IMG/VR virus record: IMGVR_UViG_3300038345_000076
Span: 41,851-105,850 of that record
DNA: 64,000 nucleotides
Reading direction: 5' to 3' (one strand)
DNA from: a virus
Lineage: Duplodnaviria; Caudoviricetes
The number at the start of each line of letters is the position of its first letter. The stretch's first letter is position 1. The position numbers and the translations under genes were made by a program. Below the pieces are notes generated by a model. That model saw only the letters and a program-made list of their open reading frames with translations. It was not told where the DNA came from and ran no database searches. Below, one piece after another: positions 28,627 to 38,672 of the stretch.

Positions 28627-29229
28627 ATGGCACTTAGAAAGAAAATTGAAATGCAGGACGATGTGTTCTCTGGTATCAGTGCGGTATTTGCCGTTGCTGG
28701 TGGTCTTGGAAACGACCTTTCGTTTGCGAATGCCACTGAGTTCCCCGTTTCCGACGATTCGGGTTTCAACTTCGACACAGGTCAGCCGAGTGTTGAGCAC
28801 TTCAAGGTGAAGGGAATGAACACAGACTGGGTGAACACCTTTACGCCTGGTGACGGTGAAATGACACTGGAGATTCCTTGTCACGACACTGGCGTTATGG
28901 AGTTGTGCGGTTTTGACCCGACTGATGTCAGCATCACTCTTCCTGCTGGCATGGCACAGGGTGGTACTGCTGCAACAGGCAAGGGCTATGCGTTCACTCC
29001 GAAGGCTGTTTACCTGGGTATCGGTGTGCTGAACGACACAGAAGACAAACTTCTGTTTGTCAAGAAGGCGAAGTACATGGCTCAGTTGATTCTTGGCAGT
29101 GACAACAAGCCTCTGTGCGTTGTGCTCACTGGTAGTATTTCCGCTGGTGCTGATCCCAAGGCTTTCGGTATCTGTGATATCGCGCCCACTACTCAGACAG
29201 GTGATGAACAGACAGGTGACGGTAACTAA
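28627..29229 (+). CDS. Major tail tube protein
   Basis: 200 aa beta-rich, followed by a hairpin and chaperone genes. Confidence 0.65.
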   Translation: MALRKKIEMQDDVFSGISAVFAVAGGLGNDLSFANATEFPVSDDSGFNFDTGQPSVEHFKVKGMNTDWVNTFTPGDGEMTLEIPCHDTGVMELCGFDPTDVSITLPAGMAQGGTAATGKGYAFTPKAVYLGIGVLNDTEDKLLFVKKAKYMAQLILGSDNKPLCVVLTGSISAGADPKAFGICDIAPTTQTGDEQTGDGN

Positions 29230-29265
29230 TCTGAGGTTAGACCTATAGAAGAATACTCATAGCAT

Positions 29266-29301
29266 AGGGGCAGTGGTAGTTTTGATGCTGCCGCTGCCCC
29301 T
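29266..29301 (+). terminator. Stem-loop after the tail tube gene
   Basis: AGGGGCAGTGG...CCGCTGCCCCT. Confidence 0.55.
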
Positions 29302-29325
29302 TAAAACTTTAAATGAGAAAAGTTT

Positions 29326-29871
29326 ATGAAGAAGGATGAAGAGCAAATATTGGAACAACCATCATACGATGCGCAGCAGGTTTATCTTTCGTTGATAAAC
29401 AACGATGCGGAAGAAGTCGAAATACTCCGTACCAAGAAGAAATACAAGATTCGCTGGCTCAAGAACGGTCAGTTGGATAAACTTACCCGTCTGCTTCTTC
29501 ACAAGAAAAGTATTGACAAGCATACGACTACAGGAAATGATGTCTTTGACGAGATACACGAAGACACGAAATTGGCTTGCAAGGCTGCTGCTATCATTGT
29601 TCTCGACGGGTATTGGAAGTTGAAGTTCCGCTACTGGTATCTGTGGCGTTGGTTCTACTATGTGCGGCAGTACGACAATATCCAATTGCATAAAATCCTC
29701 GAAGTCGGCAAAAAAAAAGTTCCGCTGAATCAGTTCTACATGACTATCATGTCATTGACAGAGGCAAAGGATACGCTGATGAGGATGAGAGCGAAGGAAG
29801 TAGAAGCTATCCTTCACGCACAAAGTATGGCTCAGCCTTCTCAGACCGAAAACAAAGACAGTGGCTCGTAA
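29326..29871 (+). CDS. Tail assembly chaperone (G-like)
   Basis: Between tail tube and tape measure; A9 slippery run at 29710-29718. Confidence 0.65.
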   Translation: MKKDEEQILEQPSYDAQQVYLSLINNDAEEVEILRTKKKYKIRWLKNGQLDKLTRLLLHKKSIDKHTTTGNDVFDEIHEDTKLACKAAAIIVLDGYWKLKFRYWYLWRWFYYVRQYDNIQLHKILEVGKKKVPLNQFYMTIMSLTEAKDTLMRMRAKEVEAILHAQSMAQPSQTENKDSGS

Positions 29872-30179
29872 TGCCTCGATACTTTTTCTTCGGTTTGTTT
29901 AGGATTCCGATGTATGAATACTATTGGGGGCATACGGCGGCTCAGATTCAGTTGATAGACAATGATCAGCCTATTACGCTTTACAAGATGTCTGATCCGA
30001 ATGAAGGTCTGAAGCCTGGCGATAAAGGTTGGAAGCCGAATGCGAAGAAACTTGAAAAGACCGTTGAGAATTGGAAGAAGCGCAAGGCAGAGCGAGAGAA
30101 GAGGGGATTTAAACTTGACACGTTCTTACGGACTGGCGAGAAAGTTCCCGTAGATAACGACACAACACAAACTAAATAG
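29871..30179 (+). CDS. Tail assembly chaperone, T-like portion
   Basis: In the -1 frame relative to the upstream gene, and that frame is open back to the A9 run. Confidence 0.6.
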   Translation: MPRYFFFGLFRIPMYEYYWGHTAAQIQLIDNDQPITLYKMSDPNEGLKPGDKGWKPNAKKLEKTVENWKKRKAEREKRGFKLDTFLRTGEKVPVDNDTTQTK

Positions 30180-30189
30180 TAAAATAGTT

Positions 30190-33100
30190 ATGGCATTAGA
30201 CCCATTGAAGTTTCAGGTTGCCATCCAAGATGATGCGACGAGTCAGTTAAGTAGTATAGAGGCTGCTTTGAATAGCCTGAAAGACAAGACCATCAGCGTA
30301 AAAGTTGAAGGTCTTAGTGATTTACAGAATCTTTTGTCTGCCTTGCAGCATCAGCAGGTCAGTAACCTTGGCAAAGATGTAGGCAATGCCATTAACGAGG
30401 CATCGAGGAACTTGCAGAAAGAGGCGCAAGATGCTGTAAGGACTTCTCTTGGAAACTTGGCACAAGACCTTGCTTCCATTAAGACAGCGATTCAGAATGA
30501 CAACTTTACGGCATTCTCAAATCGCATCCAGACTTGTGCAGAGAAGGTGAACTTGCTGGATGAAGCGTTTAAGAAGTTTAAAGTTACCATCGGCGAGAAT
30601 GAGGAACTGAAGAACCTTCTTACGGGTTTGGGAGCCGCCATCAGGGAAGTTTCATCTGCAATGTCTGCGATGAACTCCGTGAGGAATAGTGGTGGCGCAA
30701 AGGCACAGAAAGAAGAACTGAAACAGCAGGAAGAAGGACTTATAAAGGTAACCAATGCTATAGGTCGTGTCCGTGACGCAGCATCGGGTGATGGTGGAGC
30801 ATCATCCGGCAGTGTTGCTTTTATGGAAAGCATCAACAAGGTCGGTGAGCGGAATATCCAGACGTTAATAAAAGAGCAGGGTCATATTGAACGTCTGATA
30901 GCCATTGCAAAGAAGAGTATCGACTTCGGCGAGGGTCATCCCGTCCTAGGTATGGGACGTTTGCGTGGCGACCAGATGCAGAATTTACAGAATCTGGAGC
31001 AGTTGAAGAACGTCATCAAAGAGATACTTTTTGCTGCCAACCAAGGCGACCAAACCGCTATTCGTTTCCTGAACACATTAGGTTCGTTGAAGACCATATC
31101 CTTTGGAAAGGACTTAATGGGTAATAACATAACGCTACTTGGTGGTCACTTCGATCAACTGACTCACAGCGTGACAGGTACGGCTTCGGCTATGCGTCAG
31201 TTGAACAAGGATATGCGTCTTGACTTCAACAAGGCTGCAAACAAGGAGAAACTTGCAGCAGAAGCAGAGGCGGTAAAGAAACTTGCCGCATCCTATAAGT
31301 CTATGCAGCAAGAGTCCAACGCTATGCGTTCGCAGTCGGAATCGGCTCTTGCATCCCGCATAAGGATGTTGCGGGAACAATCGTCAGACTTACAAAAACT
31401 TCTTTCCGTTGGCAAAATCGGATTGGGTGAAGGTCAGTATAATTCAGTAAGGGATGCACTACGTGAGATAAGAAAAGAGTTACAGCAGATAGAGACTATC
31501 ACGCAGCGAGGCGGCAACTCTACAGGTCTGTTGCGTTCATTGTCAGTCGGTCGTGATTACAGTGGTGTTATCGCGTCGGGTCGAGCCGTTGCTGATATGC
31601 GTAACAAGCAGGCACAAGAAACGAATCTTGCATCACGCGCTGTATCACAACTGACGATGGAAGAGCAGAGGTTGGCGCAGGCGTTAAACCAGGCTACCAA
31701 CAGCGCAAGAGGTCAGAGTCAGGTATTGAGCGACCTTAAATCTTTGGCTACTCAGTACCTTGGTGTTTGGGGTGGTCAACAGTTTTTGAACAACATCATT
31801 CAGATTGGTGGTCAGTTGGAAATGCAACGCTTATCAATCGGTGCGATCTTAGGTGACGCTGCACAGGCGAATGATTTGTTTGAGAAGATAAAAGGTCTGG
31901 CCATCCAGTCACCTTTCGGTGTTGTAGAACTTGACCAGATGACCAAACAACTTACCGCCTACGGATTTGAGTACAACGAACTGTTTGATATGACCAAACG
32001 CCTTGCGGATATTTCCGCTGCTACAGGCACAGGTGTTGACCGCCTTGCCTTAGCCTTGGGTCATGTAAGAAGTGAGGCAGCGTTATCCGGCTACACTTTG
32101 CGTCAGTTCAGTATGGCGAACATACCTCTTGCCCAGAAACTATCCGAAAGGCTCTCTGAGATAGAACACAGATTTGTTTCGATTGCTGATGTCAGAAAGC
32201 GTGTACGAAGCAAAGAAATCGGTTATGAAGATGTTGTTGCTGTTCTGAAGGAAATGACAGATGAAGGCGGTATGTTCTATCGCGCTCAAGAAACCATGTC
32301 ACAGAGTGTAAAAGCAAGGTTCAAGAACCTGAAAGACTCTATGGATATAATGTATGGCGAAATGGCAGAAAGTAAAGTCGGTGATGGACTGAAAGAGGTG
32401 GCCATTACCCTTACAAATCTGACAAGGAACTGGGAGGAACTTGCAGCCGCAATAGCCACTGTAACAGCATTGTATGGTGGTAAAAAAATGATAGCGTTCC
32501 TTAATGCAAATGCCATAAACGCATATTCAAGCAGTATTACACGGCTTGGCATGAATCTTGGTTCTCTTACTGCTACAGAGTTGAGGGAACTCGCATATTC
32601 TGGTCAGCTTTCTAAACAAAGACTATTAGAAGCTGTTGCGACAGGTCAGGTTAGTGTTGAGGATGCCAAACTTGCAGCAGCTAAATGGGGGTTGAATAAT
32701 GCCCAGCTTGCCCAGGTTGCATCTGGTCAGCGAACAATAGCATCATTGACCGCTAATTCGATAGCCACAAGCAAATATTCTGTGGCACAATTAAGAGCAA
32801 TAGCAACAACACGTCAGTTCGCATTAGGCTCAAAAGGTCTTGCCGTAGCCATGAATGTCGTTGCTACAAATGCTAAAAAAGCAAGATCAGCCCTTCTTGG
32901 TCTCCTGAAAGCCGCTTGGCCTGTAGCACTTATTACTGCTGGTGTAGAGGCATGGATGCACTATAGAAAACAGAGTGAGCAGGCAGCAGAGGCAGCAGAA
33001 AACGCTTTTACTCGCGGAACAGAAAGTGTCAGGAATCTTAGGGATGCGCTTCAAAGTCTTCCTAAATACGAAATTGTCAACGGTACGGCAAACCTTGACG

Positions 33101-36100
33101 ATGGTGCTTTGCGTAATGGGATCAAAAATGCCGTAAATGAACTGAAGAACTATCACGTATTGGCAAACGACCTTATTGCCAAAGTGAATATGACCGATAG
33201 CAACGGTAAACCGATCATGTCACTTGCAGAGCAATATAACTATCTGAGAAGTCAGGTTGAATTAGCAGAGCAGGCCATGGAAGAGTTTCAGAGGACATCT
33301 TCTGCGCAAGAATCTGCTTTAAACTCTACAGGTGGTATAGGTAATGACAATGCCCTTGAAGATATAAACGACTATTTTTCTTCAAGGAAGGCTTTTATCG
33401 AGAAAACAAACGAGTTTGTAGAAAAATACAAGAATCAGGCTAAAGTTGCCATTGATGCTGCAAGGGATGAGGATGAAGCCTTCAGAAAACAGACAGAGGG
33501 CATGGCTAATTACGCAGAAATGCTAAGAATCCTTGTTACAGAAACAGACTCACTTGGCAATAAGATGGATTTCTCGAAGGGCTTTAATGTATTCTGGGGT
33601 ATGCCTAATATGCAATCAACAGACTTTAGGAGCCTTTGGAGTGGTGTTGGTGGTCAGTTTAATGAGGCAAAAAAGGAACTTGACAACTGGGCGACAGGTT
33701 TCCGTGCTGCAATGGAAGGTAGTTTTGGCTATGACTTTTCCCATCTGACAGAAGTCCAGTTAGAGAATATCCGCAGACATATATGGGATTTTTCCAACTC
33801 TCCAGAATTGAGCAAACTTGACGAAGAGACGAGGAAATGGATTCGTGATTATCTTGGAAGAAAGTGGAATATAACTTTTTCAACTAATGCCGAAACCGTT
33901 CTTAAAGATTTTGACGAAATGCAGAATCATATAGAGAAACTTGTTGGTAAAAAATGGGTTATCAAACTGAAGTTGCAGTCTGTCGGTTCTTTTGAAGAGT
34001 TGTATGACACCCTTGACAAAGATGTTAAAGAAGCAAAAGAAACCATCAAAAAACTTGGTACGTCTTTTACAAATGAAAGAAAAAAACAGTTAGAGAGTAA
34101 CGTCATAGATGATACACAACTATCAGGAAAAGAAAAAGAGTATAGAGACGCTTACAAAAAACTTAGGAAAGCAAAGGCTGCATCAGACCAAGAAGGTTTC
34201 AAGTTGTCTTCATTAGAGGAAAAGGAATCTGGTAGAACTGGTAGAAGTGGCAGTAAGTCCGAAGACAAGGATGCGCGTCGCCTGCGTGAGATCGTGAAAC
34301 TTTACAAGGATGCCTACGACTGGTACGGGAAGTACGAGAAGCAGGTGGGAGAGGGTAGTGCTTTGGCAAAAGTCAAAGAGCAGTTTGAGCCTCTGTTCAA
34401 ACAATTTGAAGAGCAGTTCAAGCAGAAACTATCCCTTGACTCGATACCTCTCTATAAGGAGAATCTTGTATCGCTTCTTGACGAGGCACAGAAACTTTAC
34501 GAGTCGCCCAAGCATAAGAACTCGTACATGGTGGAAGCCATCAAGACAATCCGTGATGCCATCAATAACGTGGACTATGAAGAGGCGCAGCGCAAGATGG
34601 ACGAATATGCAAGCAAGGTACAGATAGAACTCGACGGTCTTACCCGTGCGTGGGACATGTTTAATAATGTACGTGAGGCTACTGGCAATATTGACCTTGC
34701 CGTACAGTTGAGCGGTGCGGACTACCAGGCAGGACAGACACGTAACCTTGCCGATTCTCTGAAGAAGAAGATTGAGCAAGATTTTGCCTCTGCCAATGCC
34801 GTAGCCATACCGTTTGACATCAATATGTCTGACAAAGATATTGAGAATAACATCAAGAATGCAATTCCGAAGGAAAGTGAGGAACGTATCAAGGGTATCG
34901 TTGAGGAATACAAGAAATGGCGTGACTTGCAGCGTGAGGTGTTTAACGATGCCATCAACAACTATGCAAAGATTCTCGGCTCACTGGTTGATCATAAGTC
35001 TCAGATAGAGAAGATTGAAGACGAGTACAAAAAGGAGGTTGAACTCCTAAAAATACTTTTGGATTCTGGTAAAATCACTCAGGAGCAGTATGACAAGGGA
35101 GTAGGTATTGCCAGAGGTAATGCCGACTCTAAGGAATGGCAGGCTTCCACATCATATATAAATCTGATGAATAATTCCCTGTCAATGACCCGCTCTGAGA
35201 TAGAGGCAGCCGCCAATATGCAGCGTGACTATCTGAACAGGGAGTTGGAACGCGGTGCTATTGATGCGCAGAAATACGTTGAGGAAATGTCAAAACTCCA
35301 GAATCTTGAAAGGGAGTGGAGCGACAAAGGTTTCCTTGGTCTTCGTGGTGGTGTCGGTGCTTTTCTCAGTGGTGGTAATGATGGGCTACTGAACTATTAT
35401 CAGACCCGTGCTAAGAAAGCGAGAACTGATTATGCAAATGCCGATAATAAGAACAGCAAGGATGCAAAAGAGAAACTAAAAGAAGCAAAGCATTATGAGG
35501 GGTTGTATAGTTCTCTTGTGAAATTAACTGATGGTGCTAAAAAGGTATTTACGGCTTTTCAGACTTTGCAGGCTGGGATAGACCTTGTAGCAAACTTGTT
35601 TGACTCTCTTGGAATGAAAGGGGCGGCAACATTCATGAGTGATGTTAGTGGCGTTCTTGGAAGTGGCTTACAGGGGGCATCAGCATTGTCAGCCCTTGGT
35701 CCTTGGGGAATGGCTGCAGGTGCTGGACTTGGACTGCTTGGAGGTTTGTTTGGTTTACACGACAAAGTCTTGCAGCGTGAGATTGAAAGGCTCCGTGAGG
35801 ACGTGCAGAAGATTGAGAACAATACAGACTTGATAGTTCAAGCCCGTGAGCGTACCCTTGGCTATGACACAGGAGATTTGCGTCGCAGTTATGCGCAGCA
35901 GTACGCTCCCAATGAAGCAAGACGTCAGAAAATTCTTGCATCAGACGATTGGTTTAATAAATTTTTAGCAAACACCGCTTGGGGGCAGGGTTTTAACTCC
36001 GTTGCTCAGAATGCCATGTACGAATACTATCAAAGGAATAGTGCTGGCACAGGTTATCAGCAGCAGTTGGCGAATCTGAAAGCAGAGCGTGAAGACTATA

Positions 36101-36909
36101 TGAGAATGTACGATGCAGAGAACGACAAGAAAGACAGTTCTGGTGAGGCATTGGAGGAATACCGAAAGAAGATTGCTGAGATTGATGATCAGATACTCTA
36201 TTTCACGGAGGATTTGGCAAAAGAGCTATGGGGTATTGACCTAAAAGGATGGGCAAATCAGATTAGCGATTCTTTATGGACTGCTTTTGAGAACGGCGAG
36301 GATGCAATCAAGGCTTTCCACGAAACCGCTAAGGATATTATATCTGACGTTGCGAAACGCATGATGAATATACACCTAATTGAGCCTGTCATGACAAAGT
36401 TGGAAGAGGCATTGTTTGGCAAGGTTGGTGCAAATGGAGAACGAATTGGTGGCGGTGCATATAATATGCAGACAGGTAAGTTTAATGAGAGAGAGACTTT
36501 GGAAATTCTTGGTCAATTCTTCGGAGAGGGTGGAGAGTTTGCAAAAGTGATAGGTTCCGCTGAGAGTTTCTACGAAATGGCGAAGAAGGTTACAGGCATA
36601 GATTTTGGTTCAGATAGTGGCGGTTCTACAAGCAGTACAATCAAGGGTGTTACAGAGCAAACCGCCGACCTATTGGCAAGTTATGTCAATGCCATCCGTG
36701 CAGACGTTTCTGTTATCCAAGCCATGATAGCGCAATACTTCCCGCTGTACTATCAAGCATTGACTTCCGGCAACGAAAGGTTGAGGGGGATAGAAAATAA
36801 TACCGCGGCTATCATGCGGAGTAACGAAGCGATAGAAAAGAGCAATCAGGCTATCCTCGACAGAATTGACGGACTTAGGAACAATACATGGAGAGTTCCA
36901 ATGGCGTAA
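30190..36909 (+). CDS. Tape measure protein (2239 aa)
   Basis: Very long helical ORF; core SPFGVVELDQMTKQLTAYG...LADISAATG. Confidence 0.9.
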   Translation: MALDPLKFQVAIQDDATSQLSSIEAALNSLKDKTISVKVEGLSDLQNLLSALQHQQVSNLGKDVGNAINEASRNLQKEAQDAVRTSLGNLAQDLASIKTAIQNDNFTAFSNRIQTCAEKVNLLDEAFKKFKVTIGENEELKNLLTGLGAAIREVSSAMSAMNSVRNSGGAKAQKEELKQQEEGLIKVTNAIGRVRDAASGDGGASSGSVAFMESINKVGERNIQTLIKEQGHIERLIAIAKKSIDFGEGHPVLGMGRLRGDQMQNLQNLEQLKNVIKEILFAANQGDQTAIRFLNTLGSLKTISFGKDLMGNNITLLGGHFDQLTHSVTGTASAMRQLNKDMRLDFNKAANKEKLAAEAEAVKKLAASYKSMQQESNAMRSQSESALASRIRMLREQSSDLQKLLSVGKIGLGEGQYNSVRDALREIRKELQQIETITQRGGNSTGLLRSLSVGRDYSGVIASGRAVADMRNKQAQETNLASRAVSQLTMEEQRLAQALNQATNSARGQSQVLSDLKSLATQYLGVWGGQQFLNNIIQIGGQLEMQRLSIGAILGDAAQANDLFEKIKGLAIQSPFGVVELDQMTKQLTAYGFEYNELFDMTKRLADISAATGTGVDRLALALGHVRSEAALSGYTLRQFSMANIPLAQKLSERLSEIEHRFVSIADVRKRVRSKEIGYEDVVAVLKEMTDEGGMFYRAQETMSQSVKARFKNLKDSMDIMYGEMAESKVGDGLKEVAITLTNLTRNWEELAAAIATVTALYGGKKMIAFLNANAINAYSSSITRLGMNLGSLTATELRELAYSGQLSKQRLLEAVATGQVSVEDAKLAAAKWGLNNAQLAQVASGQRTIASLTANSIATSKYSVAQLRAIATTRQFALGSKGLAVAMNVVATNAKKARSALLGLLKAAWPVALITAGVEAWMHYRKQSEQAAEAAENAFTRGTESVRNLRDALQSLPKYEIVNGTANLDDGALRNGIKNAVNELKNYHVLANDLIAKVNMTDSNGKPIMSLAEQYNYLRSQVELAEQAMEEFQRTSSAQESALNSTGGIGNDNALEDINDYFSSRKAFIEKTNEFVEKYKNQAKVAIDAARDEDEAFRKQTEGMANYAEMLRILVTETDSLGNKMDFSKGFNVFWGMPNMQSTDFRSLWSGVGGQFNEAKKELDNWATGFRAAMEGSFGYDFSHLTEVQLENIRRHIWDFSNSPELSKLDEETRKWIRDYLGRKWNITFSTNAETVLKDFDEMQNHIEKLVGKKWVIKLKLQSVGSFEELYDTLDKDVKEAKETIKKLGTSFTNERKKQLESNVIDDTQLSGKEKEYRDAYKKLRKAKAASDQEGFKLSSLEEKESGRTGRSGSKSEDKDARRLREIVKLYKDAYDWYGKYEKQVGEGSALAKVKEQFEPLFKQFEEQFKQKLSLDSIPLYKENLVSLLDEAQKLYESPKHKNSYMVEAIKTIRDAINNVDYEEAQRKMDEYASKVQIELDGLTRAWDMFNNVREATGNIDLAVQLSGADYQAGQTRNLADSLKKKIEQDFASANAVAIPFDINMSDKDIENNIKNAIPKESEERIKGIVEEYKKWRDLQREVFNDAINNYAKILGSLVDHKSQIEKIEDEYKKEVELLKILLDSGKITQEQYDKGVGIARGNADSKEWQASTSYINLMNNSLSMTRSEIEAAANMQRDYLNRELERGAIDAQKYVEEMSKLQNLEREWSDKGFLGLRGGVGAFLSGGNDGLLNYYQTRAKKARTDYANADNKNSKDAKEKLKEAKHYEGLYSSLVKLTDGAKKVFTAFQTLQAGIDLVANLFDSLGMKGAATFMSDVSGVLGSGLQGASALSALGPWGMAAGAGLGLLGGLFGLHDKVLQREIERLREDVQKIENNTDLIVQARERTLGYDTGDLRRSYAQQYAPNEARRQKILASDDWFNKFLANTAWGQGFNSVAQNAMYEYYQRNSAGTGYQQQLANLKAEREDYMRMYDAENDKKDSSGEALEEYRKKIAEIDDQILYFTEDLAKELWGIDLKGWANQISDSLWTAFENGEDAIKAFHETAKDIISDVAKRMMNIHLIEPVMTKLEEALFGKVGANGERIGGGAYNMQTGKFNERETLEILGQFFGEGGEFAKVIGSAESFYEMAKKVTGIDFGSDSGGSTSSTIKGVTEQTADLLASYVNAIRADVSVIQAMIAQYFPLYYQALTSGNERLRGIENNTAAIMRSNEAIEKSNQAILDRIDGLRNNTWRVPMA

Positions 36910-36914
36910 GAAAG

Positions 36915-36943
36915 TAAAGGAGTGGTTTAATTCCACTCCTTTA
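36915..36943. terminator. Bidirectional terminator
   Basis: TAAAGGAGTGG-TTTAATT-CCACTCCTTTA. Confidence 0.7.
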
Positions 36944-37288
36944 TTCTTTGAAATTCAGATGTTCCAATGCTTGCTCGTCAGATGTGACAGTCTTCCTCAT
37001 AATTATGTGCAAGTCATTACTTGAAGATTTCTCGTCTCCATAACTATCAACAAAGACCCATCCGGTTTTGCTTAGATAAGTAATAATCTCCGTGATGTTT
37101 TTAAACTTAATAGACTTTCCATCTTCATTAGCCAAGATGTGATTTTTCCCCAAGAGAAAAACTTTGAAACTTGTACCGTCGGCATGAATATTACAGAAAT
37201 AGTCATACGCTTCTCCTGGTTTGTCAACTCTCTGTGCGCTTGCGCTAATGCAGCAGCAAAGTACGATAAAAAACAGAATCTTTCTCAT
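36941..37288 (-). CDS. Secreted/periplasmic moron-like protein
   Basis: Signal peptide MRKILFFIVLCCCISASAQ; own -7 element TATCTTTG at 37311-37318. Confidence 0.7.
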   Translation of the reverse strand: MRKILFFIVLCCCISASAQRVDKPGEAYDYFCNIHADGTSFKVFLLGKNHILANEDGKSIKFKNITEIITYLSKTGWVFVDSYGDEKSSSNDLHIIMRKTVTSDEQALEHLNFKE

Positions 37289-37470
37289 AATTTTAAAGTT
37301 TTAAGTTATGCAAAGATAGTTATTATTATTTATAAAGTTGTATTTACATAATAATTTTAAGAGACTTTATGAAAAAACGGCGGCTATGCTCACGCACGAC
37401 CGCCGACTTACCAATAACTAAAAAACTAAAACTATAAATATTACTACTAACCTAAAACAATTAAAATCCT

Positions 37471-37980
37471 CTATTTCAAATAGTCATATTCTTCTTTTAC
37501 CTTGATGTTTTTGTCTGCAATGATGGTTACATCTGGTGAGTGCTTGATGATGACTATTGTCGCCTTATCCGTTTGTTCTGCCTCAATATACGCTTTTTCG
37601 TACAAATGGATTATAACGAAACTCTTGTTTCGGGCATATATTTTTACCGAAGAGTTATCACGTATGTGTATAGAGCCATTATACCAAGCGTTGTATCTGA
37701 AAGTGATCTCAGAACTTCCGAGAACCAGACTTTGCTTCGGATTGCACACGCTGTATTTGTCGTTGACAAAGACATTGCTCTGCCTGAGAAAATCCACGTT
37801 GAAATGTCTGATGATAAAGTCATTTGACGGCCAGTGATGTTTGAGGCAGAAATCCAAGCCTTTATACATCTGTTCGATCATTTTTTCCATCGACCAATCT
37901 TTCTTCCAAGATTCCTGCCAAGGCTGGCAAAGTCCGAGGGCAATAGCCTGATTCTTCAATTCCTTGTTCAGTTCATTCAT
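37471..37980 (-). CDS. Conserved Bacteroidales phage hypothetical protein
   Basis: ORF with upstream TATTTTTG (37998-38005). Confidence 0.7.
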   Translation of the reverse strand: MNELNKELKNQAIALGLCQPWQESWKKDWSMEKMIEQMYKGLDFCLKHHWPSNDFIIRHFNVDFLRQSNVFVNDKYSVCNPKQSLVLGSSEITFRYNAWYNGSIHIRDNSSVKIYARNKSFVIIHLYEKAYIEAEQTDKATIVIIKHSPDVTIIADKNIKVKEEYDYLK

Positions 37981-38124
37981 TGTTAATAATTTTTCGGCAA
38001 AAATATTAAAGAAAATACAAAAACAAAATTCTATTAAAAATAATGTTAAGTTGATTTGCTCAGATTTCCAATTTGTAAATAATATTCATAAATTCTTATG
38101 AATAAATTTGCAAAAAAATCAAAA

Positions 38125-38667
38125 ATGTCAGAAATCAACACATACATACAACAGATAAAGTTTGACGGAAATACTTACTCAAAAGGAAGTGTTGTGGATA
38201 TCAAGGAAACATTCAATATTGTTTGCCAGGATTTCCCTTTTATGAAAAACCCAAAGAGCAAAGAACTCCCGAAGCGGGATTGGTCAGATGAAGATGGTCT
38301 TGACGTATATGTTCCAGATACTTTACCGATGAAGCATTATGACATTGATGTTGTATTCCTTTATGTAGGCACTGAAAATAATATTAGGAATGATATTTCC
38401 AATTTTATAGATTTTATCTATGGCCGAATAAAGGGCAATAACGGTGATTCTGTCAAGAGTGCCCTCCTCGCAGTCTATAACGAATATGTTGGAATGGGAC
38501 GTAAGGATATCGTCGTTTCGGAAGTGGAAAACGAGATTTTCTATATTTCAGACAACGACCCAGATGCAGTAGGTATTTTTAAGGTTAGGTTTACGGTTTA
38601 TGACCCGACAACCATTGTTTCTCCTGTTAAAGATTCATCAGGTAAAGTGACAGAACTAAGTTTTTAA
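38125..38667 (+). CDS. Distal tail/baseplate protein (probable)
   Basis: Synteny; DWSDEDGLD and FKVRFTVYDP; TAAATTTG at 38103-38110 supports the MSEINT start. Confidence 0.6.
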   Translation: MSEINTYIQQIKFDGNTYSKGSVVDIKETFNIVCQDFPFMKNPKSKELPKRDWSDEDGLDVYVPDTLPMKHYDIDVVFLYVGTENNIRNDISNFIDFIYGRIKGNNGDSVKSALLAVYNEYVGMGRKDIVVSEVENEIFYISDNDPDAVGIFKVRFTVYDPTTIVSPVKDSSGKVTELSF

Positions 38668-38672
38668 TAGAA

